A stretch of DNA of 64,000 bases, from assembly GCA_937128795.1 (NCBI GenBank), contig CAKZMQ010000025.1:245-64244 (forward strand), written 5' to 3'. The notes under the pieces were generated by a model. The model saw only the letters and a program-made list of their open reading frames with translations, ran no database searches and was not told where the DNA came from. Position 1 is the first letter of the stretch, and every line of letters begins with the position of its first letter. This DNA is from an uncultured Solirubrobacterales bacterium (lineage in GTDB: Bacteria; Actinomycetota; Thermoleophilia; Solirubrobacterales; JACPNS01). Position numbers and translations under genes: made by a program. Positions 45,991-55,053 of the stretch are shown piece by piece.

Positions 45991-46112
45991 TTGAAAAGTT
46001 TTTCTCCGAAACGGGGGTAAACATTTGCGCTCTGAGCCCTTAACTAAGTAGAGGGCTTATTCCATCACCGTTCATTCAGAGAACCCACGATGCGCCTGGC
46101 GCGTACTTTCAC

Positions 46113-46766
46113 GTGACCTGCCAGGGCAATGATCGCGCACCGATCTTCCTGAACGACAGCGATCGAACGTACTTCTTCGGTCTGTTCGAGCGGTACCTCG
46201 GCCGAGAGCCGACGCTGGACTCGTACGGCCGTAGCTATGCGAATCTCCGCGATCAAGTGAATGTTCACTCGGTCTCGACGATGACCAACCACTATCACGT
46301 GACTTGCCAGCAGGCGGTCGAGGGCGGGGTCACGAACTTGTTTCGGCGCGTTCAGACGTCGTACGCCAGGTACTTCAACGCTGAACATGGAGGCGTTGGT
46401 CCCGTTTTTCGCAGTCGATTCACCGCCACACCGATTCTTTCGGATGGACATCTTCAGCGCGCGATCCTTTACACGCATCTTCAGGACACGAACGACCAGT
46501 TTGACTATCCGTTCTCGACTCATCACGCGTACATCGGGCGGGCTGAACTGGACTACTTGTCTCTTGACCAAGCGATGGAGGTATTCGGCGGCCGCGTCCG
46601 ATACGTGAAGGCAGCGAATGAGCAAGGACCGGAAATCCTTAAGGGCAAACTCGAAGAGATGGGGATGTCGCTGGACGAACGTCCCTTCAGACCGGTTCTG
46701 TGGACGCCCGGAGGTTCCGAGGACGAGGAACTCTCTTTAGCGGGGACTGAACTCGTCGTTCCGTGA
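46113..46766 (+). CDS. REP-associated tyrosine transposase-like protein (IS200/IS605 TnpA-type HUH Y1 fold)
   Basis: Contains the HUH motif TNHYHV and a catalytic-Tyr region AILYTHLQ. The conserved N-terminal PGAYFHVTCQGNDR lies partly upstream of the first canonical start (GTG 46113). The reading frame is open from 46044. Confidence 0.7.
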   Translation: MTCQGNDRAPIFLNDSDRTYFFGLFERYLGREPTLDSYGRSYANLRDQVNVHSVSTMTNHYHVTCQQAVEGGVTNLFRRVQTSYARYFNAEHGGVGPVFRSRFTATPILSDGHLQRAILYTHLQDTNDQFDYPFSTHHAYIGRAELDYLSLDQAMEVFGGRVRYVKAANEQGPEILKGKLEEMGMSLDERPFRPVLWTPGGSEDEELSLAGTELVVP

Positions 46767-46776
46767 ATTCTCAGAG

Positions 46777-46862
46777 CTTGCTAGCCGCGGGCTGGCTTGC
46801 AACCTCGGACCTTGCAAGCCTTGCTAGCCGCGGGCTGGCTTGCAACCTCGGACCTTGCAAGC
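46777..46862 (-). repeat. Perfect 43-bp tandem duplication, each unit ending in the inverted REP core CTTGCAACCTCGGACCTTGCAAG
   Basis: Units 46777-46819 and 46820-46862 are identical, counted base by base. Confidence 0.95.
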
Positions 46863-46882
46863 CAACGCTCGGGTGATGCGAT

Positions 46883-47557
46883 CTAGTCCTGGCTGGCTAT
46901 GAAGAAGTAGATGAGCTGGCCGAGGGAGGCGACGAAGCCAGCGACGTAGGTGAGTGCCGCGGCGTTGAGCACTGCACGCGCACCGTCGATTTCACCGGCA
47001 GCGAGCAGGCCCTGGCTCTCCAACGACTGCAATGCGCGCTTCGAAGCGTCAAATTCGACCGGCAGAGTCACTAGCTGGAAGAGCACCACAGCAGCAAAGA
47101 AGACGAGCCCGATCGTGACAAGCCCGGTCATGCTGAAAAAGAACCCGATCAGCACCGGGAAAATCCACACAGACTCACCGATCGTCGCCGCCGGAACCAG
47201 CGTCTGACGAACTTTCATCGGCCAGTAACCACGCGCATCCTGGATCGCGTGGCCGGCCTCGTGCGCGGCGACTCCGAGCGCTGCGACGGAAGACGCCTGG
47301 CCGACATCGGCCGAGAGATTGAGTGTCTTGTTGCGCGGGTCGTAGTGGTCGCTGAGGTGGCCCTCGATCGGATTGATTTTCAATCCCGGCAGCCCGGAAG
47401 ACTGCAACACAGCTGCGGCTGCCTGAGCCCCGGACATTCCGTTGGCCGGGCGTACCTCGCTGTATTTCTTGAAAGTTCGCTTGACCGACATCTGCGCGAA
47501 AAGTCCGAAGAGTAGGGGCACGCCCGCGCATACGAGCCAGAGAGTCATGTTGTCCAT
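46883..47557 (-). CDS. Membrane zinc metallopeptidase (YugP-like)
   Basis: Contains AAHEAGHAIQD (HExxH) and has N- and C-terminal TM helices. Confidence 0.8.
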   Translation of the reverse strand: MDNMTLWLVCAGVPLLFGLFAQMSVKRTFKKYSEVRPANGMSGAQAAAAVLQSSGLPGLKINPIEGHLSDHYDPRNKTLNLSADVGQASSVAALGVAAHEAGHAIQDARGYWPMKVRQTLVPAATIGESVWIFPVLIGFFFSMTGLVTIGLVFFAAVVLFQLVTLPVEFDASKRALQSLESQGLLAAGEIDGARAVLNAAALTYVAGFVASLGQLIYFFIASQD

Positions 47558-47613
47558 GGCTCAAAGATTAGGAAACATCGAGCCAGCCAGATCCGCTTTT
47601 CCCTCGACCGCGC

Positions 47614-47646
47614 AACAAGGTTTGCCAAAAGGGGAACCTTGTTTCG
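47614..47646. repeat. Second copy of the AACAAGGTTTGC...AACCTTGTTTCG palindromic motif
   Basis: Both 12-mers are identical to those at 44681-44692 and 44702-44713. It lies in the divergent region between the metallopeptidase gene and the histidine kinase gene. Confidence 0.85.
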
Positions 47647-47715
47647 GGTTATCCCCCGGTTGATTGGCGTGGGGGCTGTATTGGTTTCTGTGGGGCGATC
47701 GGCGATGATCTGGGC

Positions 47716-49074
47716 ATGAACTCTGAGGAGAGACCACCGCAGCGTGATGTCGTGCGCGAACTCGTGCAGAAGGTCGAGCGCGAGATCAACAAGATTGACG
47801 TCGACGGCGGGTTGATGGATCAACTCGCCGAGCGCCCGTTCATGCGACAGACATGGAAGGAGACGCTCTATCTGCTGAGCACGATCCCAGCGGGAATCGC
47901 CGCAATGCTGATCTGGGTCACGGGGATCTCACTGGCGATTCCGCTGGTGATCACGGTGATCGGCATTCCGCTGGTCTTCGCGATCCTCTGGCTGTTCCGC
48001 GGGTTCGTCAATCTCGAACGGCGGAGGGTCTCGATTCTCGGCAGCGGACCGATCGAAGCCGAGTACGAACGCGTCGACGGCAACTTCCTCGAGCGCGGAC
48101 TCGGCGCGATCAAAGACGCGCAAACCTGGAAGGACATCGCATGGCTGATCGTCCTGTCGCTCGCCGGGCTCCCGGTGGCGCTGCTCGCGTTGTCTGTGTG
48201 GCTGATCGCCTTCGGCTGGATCATCTATCCCCTGTGGGGATGGGCGCTCCCCGGCGGCGCGACGCCGATCGGCTGGCTGGTCGGCGACAACATGAGCTTC
48301 TTCGAGAGCTTCCTGATGATCCCGCTGGGTTTCGTGCTGGTTGTCGTTGCCACCTGGCTGTGCGCGGCGGTGGCCCTCGGCCTCGCCACGATCAGCCGTC
48401 TACTGCTCGCAACCACCCAGGAGCGAGCGCTACGCGGCCGAGTCACGGAACTCGAGCGCACGCGCGAACAATCGCTCTCGCAGCAGTCGACCGAGATGTC
48501 GCGAATCGAACGCGATCTGCACGACGGCGCTCAGGCCAGATTGGTGGCGCTGGCAATGGATCTCGGCATGGCCGAACAGAAGATGGATGAGGATCCAACC
48601 GCCGCGCGCAAACTGGTTGCCGAAGCTCGCGACGAGGCTCAGCGCACGCTCCAGGAGCTGCGCGACCTGGTGCGAGGCATCGGCCCACAGATCCTCCGCG
48701 ACCGCGGCCTTGAAGCGGCGCTGGTGCCGCTGGCCGCGCGCAGCCCGATCAAAGTCGAAGTCGGAATCGACCTGCCCGACCGGCCCAGCGAGCGAGTGGA
48801 GTCGGCGGCCTACTTCGTCTGTAGCGAGGCGCTCGCAAATGCGATCAAACACAGCGCGGCGACGCAGATCAACGTCAACGCCTGGCGAAACGAAGACTGG
48901 TTCTACCTGCGGATCAGCGACAACGGCGTCGGCGGCGCGGACGACGTGAACGGCGAAGGCCTGCGTGGCCTGCGCGCGCGGGTCGAGGCGATCGACGGAA
49001 AGCTGGTCGTCGAGAGCCCGGCCGGGGGACCGACCATCATTGACGCATGGCTTCCGTTCCAGCTGAAAAATTGA
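47716..49074 (+). CDS. Sensor histidine kinase (HisKA_3/NarX-like) with a multi-TM putative-sensor N-terminus
   Basis: Contains RIERDLHDGAQARLVAL (H-box) and an HATPase region (NAIKHS...DNGVGG...GLRGL). Confidence 0.85.
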   Translation: MNSEERPPQRDVVRELVQKVEREINKIDVDGGLMDQLAERPFMRQTWKETLYLLSTIPAGIAAMLIWVTGISLAIPLVITVIGIPLVFAILWLFRGFVNLERRRVSILGSGPIEAEYERVDGNFLERGLGAIKDAQTWKDIAWLIVLSLAGLPVALLALSVWLIAFGWIIYPLWGWALPGGATPIGWLVGDNMSFFESFLMIPLGFVLVVVATWLCAAVALGLATISRLLLATTQERALRGRVTELERTREQSLSQQSTEMSRIERDLHDGAQARLVALAMDLGMAEQKMDEDPTAARKLVAEARDEAQRTLQELRDLVRGIGPQILRDRGLEAALVPLAARSPIKVEVGIDLPDRPSERVESAAYFVCSEALANAIKHSAATQINVNAWRNEDWFYLRISDNGVGGADDVNGEGLRGLRARVEAIDGKLVVESPAGGPTIIDAWLPFQLKN

Positions 49075-49718
49075 GGGTGATGATTGTCGAGGATCTCGCG
49101 CTGCTGCGCGACGGCCTCACGCGGATGCTCAGCGACAACGACTGCGAGGTGATCGCGGCGGTAGACGAGCCGGATGCATTCCTCGATGCGATCGACGCCG
49201 ACCGACCCGACGTGGCAATCGTCGACGTCCGACTGCCACCGACCTTCAACGACGAAGGCGTCCGCGCCGCGATCGAGGCCCGACGCCGCCACCCCGGCCT
49301 ACCGGTACTGATCCTCTCGCAGTACGTCGAACAGACGTATGCCGCCGAATTGCTTGCAGACGGAGACGGCGGCGTCGGCTACCTGTTGAAAGATCGCGTC
49401 GCCAACGTCGCCGATTTCGTCGACGCTGTGCGTCGAGTCGCAGGCGGCGGGATGGCGCTCGATCCAGAAGCCGTAAGCCAGCTGATGACGCCGAAGGCGA
49501 GCGACGACTCATTCGCCGATCTCACCGAGCGCGAGAAAGAGGCTCTTGACCTGATGGCGCAGGGGCGGTCGAACAAGGCGATCGCCGCCGAGATGTTCGT
49601 CACCGAAGGTGCGATCGAGAAGCACATCAGCAGGATTTTCGACAAGCTCGATCTGCCGCCATCGAGCGAGGATCACCGCCGCGTGCTCGCGGTACTCAAC
49701 TATCTGCGCACCGGTTGA
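49071..49718 (+). CDS. NarL/LuxR-family response regulator
   Basis: Receiver domain (VMIVEDL...DVAIVDVRLPP) plus a LuxR HTH (LTEREKEALDLMAQGRSNKAIA). The start is ambiguous: TTG 49071 overlapping the kinase stop, GTG 49077 or ATG 49080. Confidence 0.85.
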   Translation: MRVMIVEDLALLRDGLTRMLSDNDCEVIAAVDEPDAFLDAIDADRPDVAIVDVRLPPTFNDEGVRAAIEARRRHPGLPVLILSQYVEQTYAAELLADGDGGVGYLLKDRVANVADFVDAVRRVAGGGMALDPEAVSQLMTPKASDDSFADLTEREKEALDLMAQGRSNKAIAAEMFVTEGAIEKHISRIFDKLDLPPSSEDHRRVLAVLNYLRTG

Positions 49719-49724
49719 CGAACG

Positions 49725-50372
49725 CTAGCTGCGTTCGAGAAATCGCAGCACCGCGAGCACACGGCGGTGGTCGACTGGAGTGGCGTCGAGGTCCAATTTC
49801 TCGAAGATGTTGGTCACGTGTTTCTCGACCGTGCTTCCCGTGACGACGAGTTCATCCGCGATTGCTTTGTTCGAACGACCCTCCGCCATCAGCGCGAGCA
49901 CCTCGCGTTCGCGCTCGGTCAGCTGGTCCAACGGATCGTCCGACCGACGCCGCCCGAGCAGGAGCGACACGACCTCCGGATCGAGCGCCGATCCCCCCTC
50001 GGCGACACGCCGGATCGCGTCGAGAAAGTGGTCGAGATCGGCGATGCGATCTTTCAGCAGGTAGCCCACGCCTTCAGCGTTGTCGGCAAGCAGGTCAATC
50101 GCGTAACTCTCCTCGACGTACTGCGACAGCACGAGCACTCCGACGTCCGGCAGTTCCCGCCGAATCTGCTTGGCGGCAACAAGGCCCTCGACGGTATTGG
50201 TCGGGGGCATGCGTATGTCGACGATCGCGATGTCCGGTTTGTGAGCCTTCACCTTCCTCACCAGCTCATCCCCGTCGCCGGCCTGTCCCACGACCTCCAC
50301 TCCGCGTTCGCTCAGCAGGCGAGCGATCCCTTCGCGCAGCAACAGGGAATCCTCGGCGATCACGACGCGCAT
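49725..50372 (-). CDS. NarL/LuxR-family response regulator
   Basis: Contains MRVVIAEDSLLLREG...DIAIVDIRMPP and LTEREREVLALMAEGRSNKAIA. Confidence 0.9.
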   Translation of the reverse strand: MRVVIAEDSLLLREGIARLLSERGVEVVGQAGDGDELVRKVKAHKPDIAIVDIRMPPTNTVEGLVAAKQIRRELPDVGVLVLSQYVEESYAIDLLADNAEGVGYLLKDRIADLDHFLDAIRRVAEGGSALDPEVVSLLLGRRRSDDPLDQLTEREREVLALMAEGRSNKAIADELVVTGSTVEKHVTNIFEKLDLDATPVDHRRVLAVLRFLERS

Positions 50373-52123
50373 GGGAACTCCGCGCGGATTGTCGTACCCG
50401 AACCCGGTTCGCTGACGACAAAAAACTTGCCATCGAGCGCGGCGACTCGGTCTTGAAGTCCGCGCAGTCCGGAGCCGGAATTTATGTCCGCGCCACCGAT
50501 TCCGTTGTCACTGATCTCGATCACCACGGCATCGTCGTTCTGCGTCAGTTCGATCGTTGCGAGCGACGCCTTGGAGTAACGCACCATGTTCGTGAGCGAT
50601 TCGGCAGCAACGAAGTACGCGGCGGACTCGATCGCGGCAGGTGGACGCTCTGCGGGGAGCTCGCCGACGTGGACGATTACGGGTGAGCGCGCCGCAAGCG
50701 CCGCGAGTGCGGCGCCGAGACCGCGGTCGGTCAGGATCGCCGGGTGGATGCCGCGAGCCAACTCGCGAAGCTCAGTCGTCGCCTCCGCGAGATTCTCAGC
50801 CGCCTCGGCAAGCAGTTGCTTGGCGGCGTCTGGGTCGTCGTCGATCTTGTTCGTCGCGATCCTCAGTGTCAGCGCCGTCGAGACGAGATGTTGTTGTGCG
50901 CCGTCGTGGAGGTTGCGCTCGAGCGTTCGCCGCGCGGCATCTGAGGCTTCAACTATCCGTGCTCGTGAGGCGCGGAGCTCCTCGACGTGGGCGCGGAGCT
51001 CGGCATCGAGCCGTTGATTTCGCAACGCGAGCGCGGCGGCGGTGCCGGTTGACTTGATCAAGTCTTGATTCTCCTGGAGCGTGTCGTCGTATGCGATAGC
51101 CGCAATCAATTCACCGTCGTGCTCAACCGAGGACCAACGGCGACCGCTGCCAATTTCTGGAAGCGCAACTGTATGACCCTCGCTGTCCACGTAGACGCCA
51201 CGATCGGGTAACCAATAGGCGAACTCCAATGAGTCATCGCCAAGCGCCTTCGCCAAGGCATCGCGGATGTTGAGGTTCTGCGTGCTCGTGTCGCCAAGGC
51301 TCGCGATGAGCTCACTCACCGCTCCGGCGCTGGTGAACTTGCTGCGCAGCAATCCAATGAGAAACGCGAACGGAACCGCGGCCATCAGCGTGACCGCGAT
51401 GACGAAAACGGCCTGTTGAACTGTGTCGCCAACCTCCAAAGCTGCGACGGTCACAAGTACGCCGATCGCCAAGACGCTTGCCGCGCCAGCACCGAGCACC
51501 GGTCGTACGGCCGAACGGTTGGTTGGGCCGAGCGAGCGGTAGCGCCGAACAAGCACCACGATCAACGCGAGCAACAGCAGTACGCCGCCGAGCGTCGCAA
51601 CGGTGTCCAGCGCTCTGGCGAGGCCGGGACTGTCACTCAGCTCAACCGGATTCGTAACGCAGGTATCGCAATTGAAGGTCTCCAGATCTGGACCACTAAC
51701 CACGCCGGTGATCGAGGTCAGCACCACCGCGTCCAGCACGAAAAGCCAAACCAGCAGGCGGTGGGAACGTGCTTCGAGTCGTCCGCTCGGAAATGACAGG
51801 AGCAGCAGCGCCAGCAGAACCCAGGCGATGTTTGTTGTGAACATCGATATTCCGAACAATGCCGGCACGTCTGACAACGACAACGGAACCAGCAGCCAGC
51901 CGAAGCCGACCAGCACCATCAGCGAGCCCGTTCGATTGTTCGGTCTGCGCCACCAAGCGAAGAGTCCGGTTCCGATGAACGACCAGGCCGGCAGCAGCGT
52001 CAATACTGAGTCGATCCAAGCGGTCTCCTCGAGATCGCTTGAAAAGATCACGATCACCATGAGTATCCCGAATGCGACGCCCGCGGCACCGATGAAGATC
52101 AACGCGCTGCGCAGAGATCTCAT
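50360..52123 (-). CDS. Sensor histidine kinase (HisKA_3) with a large polytopic membrane sensor
   Basis: Multiple N-terminal TM helices, H-box LERNLHDGAQQHLV, and an HATPase region (NMVRYS...DNGIGG...GLRGL). Confidence 0.85.
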   Translation of the reverse strand: MRSLRSALIFIGAAGVAFGILMVIVIFSSDLEETAWIDSVLTLLPAWSFIGTGLFAWWRRPNNRTGSLMVLVGFGWLLVPLSLSDVPALFGISMFTTNIAWVLLALLLLSFPSGRLEARSHRLLVWLFVLDAVVLTSITGVVSGPDLETFNCDTCVTNPVELSDSPGLARALDTVATLGGVLLLLALIVVLVRRYRSLGPTNRSAVRPVLGAGAASVLAIGVLVTVAALEVGDTVQQAVFVIAVTLMAAVPFAFLIGLLRSKFTSAGAVSELIASLGDTSTQNLNIRDALAKALGDDSLEFAYWLPDRGVYVDSEGHTVALPEIGSGRRWSSVEHDGELIAAIAYDDTLQENQDLIKSTGTAAALALRNQRLDAELRAHVEELRASRARIVEASDAARRTLERNLHDGAQQHLVSTALTLRIATNKIDDDPDAAKQLLAEAAENLAEATTELRELARGIHPAILTDRGLGAALAALAARSPVIVHVGELPAERPPAAIESAAYFVAAESLTNMVRYSKASLATIELTQNDDAVVIEISDNGIGGADINSGSGLRGLQDRVAALDGKFFVVSEPGSGTTIRAEFPCAS

Positions 52124-52488
52124 CGCAACAATTCCGATAGAGCTTCGCCCGTCAGTTCGGACTTACTGACGAAACCGCGGATGCGGGAAGAGTCGAGCAG
52201 TGGGCCGAAATCAGAACGATCGCGGCTCGAGACGAGCACGATCGCGGGCACCGTGTCCATCGCGGCAGCCTCGATTCTGTCGGCGACCTCGAAACCGTCG
52301 ATGTCGGGCAGTTGGATGTCCAGCACCACGACGTCTGGCTGCAGCTGACTGGCGGCACGTACCGCAGCAATACCGTCGCCGGCTTCGCCGACCACCGAGT
52401 AGCCCTCGGATTCGAGCAGTCGACGGAGGCTGGCGCGAAACGCCGGATGGTCGTCGACCACGAGCACGGACTGTCGCTTGCCGGACAT
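52120..52488 (-). CDS. Stand-alone receiver (CheY-like) response regulator
   Basis: Contains SVLVVDDHPAFRASL...DVVVLDIQLPDIDGFEV and has no output domain. Its stop overlaps the kinase start. The ATG at 52488 is preferred over the longer track ORF. Confidence 0.8.
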   Translation of the reverse strand: MSGKRQSVLVVDDHPAFRASLRRLLESEGYSVVGEAGDGIAAVRAASQLQPDVVVLDIQLPDIDGFEVADRIEAAAMDTVPAIVLVSSRDRSDFGPLLDSSRIRGFVSKSELTGEALSELLR

Positions 52489-52672
52489 GCGGGGATTCTG
52501 ACTGAACGGTCGGGGTCTATGGGTACGGCTAACCCCACCATTGAGGGGGCAGACCACACCAGCGGTTCTCACGTCTGCCACACCGCAGGTTCACGGCAGG
52601 CCGGATTGGAATCCAATGCCGTCGGGAGAAGACTTGGCAGATCAATCATTTGCCGGCCCGAGGAGGCTTTCC

Positions 52673-54970
52673 ATGCAACGCAATCGCAACATAAATCGAG
52701 ACAACGACACCACCGATACCCACCACAATCGCGGAAATCTTGCCGCTCGTGCTGGCCGCTGGTCGGCGCAGCACCGCAAGTCCGCGATCATCGGTTGGTT
52801 CCTTTTTGTCGCACTCGCCGTTTTCGCAGGCAACCAAGTCGGACAGAAGAACATCGCCGACATCGACCATTACAGCGGCGAGAGCCGCGTCGCAGAAGAA
52901 CTCGTGCAGGACAACTTTCCTGCCGACCCGACAACAGAATCCGTCGTCGTCACCAGCAAGCAGTACAGCTACGGCGATCGCAACTTCAACGCGGCGCTCA
53001 CGTCGGTCACCGACGAGTTGACCCGGCAGAAGAGCGTTGCCGACATTCGCTCGCCGTTGACGCGCGATGGGCCGGTGAGCGAAGACGGTCACGTCGCACT
53101 CGTGCAGTTCACGATCAAGGGTGACGAAGAAGAGGCCGCCGAGAAGGTGGAACCGATTGCCGCCGCCGTCGAGAAAGCGGGAACCGCGCATCAGGGCATC
53201 GCGATCGGCCAGTTCGGCGACGCCAGCTTCGAACACCAGCTGACGAAGGTCTTCGAGGACGACTTTGCGAAGGCGCGCAGCATCTCGCTGCCGATCACGC
53301 TGCTGATTCTCGTTTTCGCCTTCGGCGCACTGGTCGCCGCCGGTCTTCCGGTGCTGCTCGCGATCACCGCAGTGATGGCGACGCTCGGATTGATCGCGAT
53401 TCCGAGCCAGATCATGCCGGTCGACGACGCGATTGCCGAGGTCGTGCTGCTGATCGGAATGGCTGTCGGGATCGACTACTCGCTGTTCTATCTCAAGCGT
53501 GAGCGCGAGGAGCGCGCCGCCGGTCGCGGTGCGCGGGCGGCATTGGAGGCTGCGGCTGCGACCTCTGGCCGTGCGGTACTGATCTCCGGTCTGACGGTGA
53601 TCGTTGCGATGTCGGGCATGTTCATCGCCGACAGCCCGACGTTCAGTTCGTTCGCCGTCGGCACGATCATGGTCGTGGCGATCGCGATGGTCGGATCGTT
53701 GTCGGTGTTACCGGCAATGCTCAGCGCGCTCGGCGACAAAGTCGATCGCGGTCGGATTCCGTTCATCGCCAAGCGGCGTCAACGCGCCGTGGCCGAAGGC
53801 AAAGAGGGTGGCGTCTGGTCGAAGATCGTCGCCGTCGTGCTGAAGCGCCCGGCAATCGCGGCATTCGCGGCAGCTGCCCTGTTGATCGCGCTTGCCCTGC
53901 CTGCACTGCATCTGGAAACGCAGCAGGAGGGAGTGGAAACCCTTCCGCAGGACATCCCGGCGATGGTTGCCTACAAACAGGCGCAGGTGCTTTTTCCGGA
54001 GGAGAACGTTCCCGCAACCGTCGTCCTAAAAACGGACGACGTCGAATCGGCCGAGGCGCGACGTGCAATCGGTGAATTCGTAACGCGGATCGGCGAAACC
54101 CCGGGCTTCGTCGCGCCCCGCCCCGATGACATCACCACCAATCCGGCCGACACCGTGGTGCGGATCGACGTGCCGATGATCAACGCCGACGATGATTCTC
54201 GTGCCGAGCGCGACATCGAGACGTTGCGAGGGTCAGTCGTCCCCGAGACACTCGGAACGATTCCCGGCGCCACCGTGGCAACCACCGGAATGACCGCGTC
54301 GTCGGTCGACTTCAACCAGTTGATGCGCGACAGGCTGCCGCTGGTGTTCGCCTTCGTTCTTGGGCTCGCGTTCCTTTTGTTGTTGATCACGTTTCGGTCG
54401 CTGGTCATCCCAGTGATGTCGATCGTTCTCAACCTGCTCAGCGTGGCAGCCGCGTATGGCGTGATGGTGCTCGTGTTCCAGCACGGCTGGGCATCCAGTC
54501 TGCTTGGTTTCGAGGGAACGTTCGGGATCGTCCCATGGCTGCCGCTGTTCATGTTCGTTGTGTTGTTCGGGCTCTCGATGGACTACCACGTGTTCATCCT
54601 CTCGCGCATCCGCGAACTCCGCGACCACGGCATGACGACCGAGGACGCCGTAACGCGCGGAATCTCAGCAACGGCGGGCGTGGTCACAAGCGCTGCCGCC
54701 GTAATGGTCGCCGTGTTCGCGGTCTTCGGCTCACTGTCGATGATCTCGATCAAGCAGATGGGAGTCGGTCTTGCAGTCGCGGTGCTGCTCGACGCAACGA
54801 TCGTTCGCGCGGTGCTGTTGCCGGCGACGATGAAGCTGCTCGGCGAGGCCAACTGGTACCTCCCGCGCTGGCTTGAGTGGCTACCCAAGGTGCAGGCCGA
54901 AGCATCCGCTCCCGTGCGCCCAGCACCCGCCATCAAGAACGACCCGCAACCCACCCCAGCAGAGGCCTAA
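52673..54970 (+). CDS. MMPL family (RND superfamily) membrane transporter
   Basis: Two six-TM bundles with GIDYSLFYL and SMDYHVFILSRIRE motifs. AGGAGG lies upstream of the ATG at 52673. Confidence 0.85.
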   Translation: MQRNRNINRDNDTTDTHHNRGNLAARAGRWSAQHRKSAIIGWFLFVALAVFAGNQVGQKNIADIDHYSGESRVAEELVQDNFPADPTTESVVVTSKQYSYGDRNFNAALTSVTDELTRQKSVADIRSPLTRDGPVSEDGHVALVQFTIKGDEEEAAEKVEPIAAAVEKAGTAHQGIAIGQFGDASFEHQLTKVFEDDFAKARSISLPITLLILVFAFGALVAAGLPVLLAITAVMATLGLIAIPSQIMPVDDAIAEVVLLIGMAVGIDYSLFYLKREREERAAGRGARAALEAAAATSGRAVLISGLTVIVAMSGMFIADSPTFSSFAVGTIMVVAIAMVGSLSVLPAMLSALGDKVDRGRIPFIAKRRQRAVAEGKEGGVWSKIVAVVLKRPAIAAFAAAALLIALALPALHLETQQEGVETLPQDIPAMVAYKQAQVLFPEENVPATVVLKTDDVESAEARRAIGEFVTRIGETPGFVAPRPDDITTNPADTVVRIDVPMINADDDSRAERDIETLRGSVVPETLGTIPGATVATTGMTASSVDFNQLMRDRLPLVFAFVLGLAFLLLLITFRSLVIPVMSIVLNLLSVAAAYGVMVLVFQHGWASSLLGFEGTFGIVPWLPLFMFVVLFGLSMDYHVFILSRIRELRDHGMTTEDAVTRGISATAGVVTSAAAVMVAVFAVFGSLSMISIKQMGVGLAVAVLLDATIVRAVLLPATMKLLGEANWYLPRWLEWLPKVQAEASAPVRPAPAIKNDPQPTPAEA

Positions 54971-54976
54971 CCACAA

Positions 54977-55048
54977 CAAGGTCCGAGGTTGCAAGCGAGA
55001 AACTCGGCGCGAGGCGGGAGATTTGCCTTGCAACCTCGGACCTTGCAA
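54977..55048. repeat. Inverted doublet of the REP-like element (REPIN-like hairpin)
   Basis: CAAGGTCCGAGGTTGCAAG (54977-54995) and CTTGCAACCTCGGACCTTG (55027-55045) are perfect reverse complements separated by 31 nt. The core is the same as around the RAYT gene. Confidence 0.9.
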
Positions 55049-55053
55049 ACTAA

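Larger units (their letters stand above)
45920..46862 (+). mobile_element. RAYT-type HUH/Y1 transposase gene bracketed by inverted REP-like elements
   Basis: The left REP copies and the right REP copies are reverse complements of each other and flank the single transposase-like gene. Confidence 0.7.

Noticed and set aside
46777-46862. Tandem 43-bp repeat that could be mistaken for a mini CRISPR array.
   Set aside because: There are only two units, directly abutting with no spacers, and no cas genes. The units contain the REP core found elsewhere.
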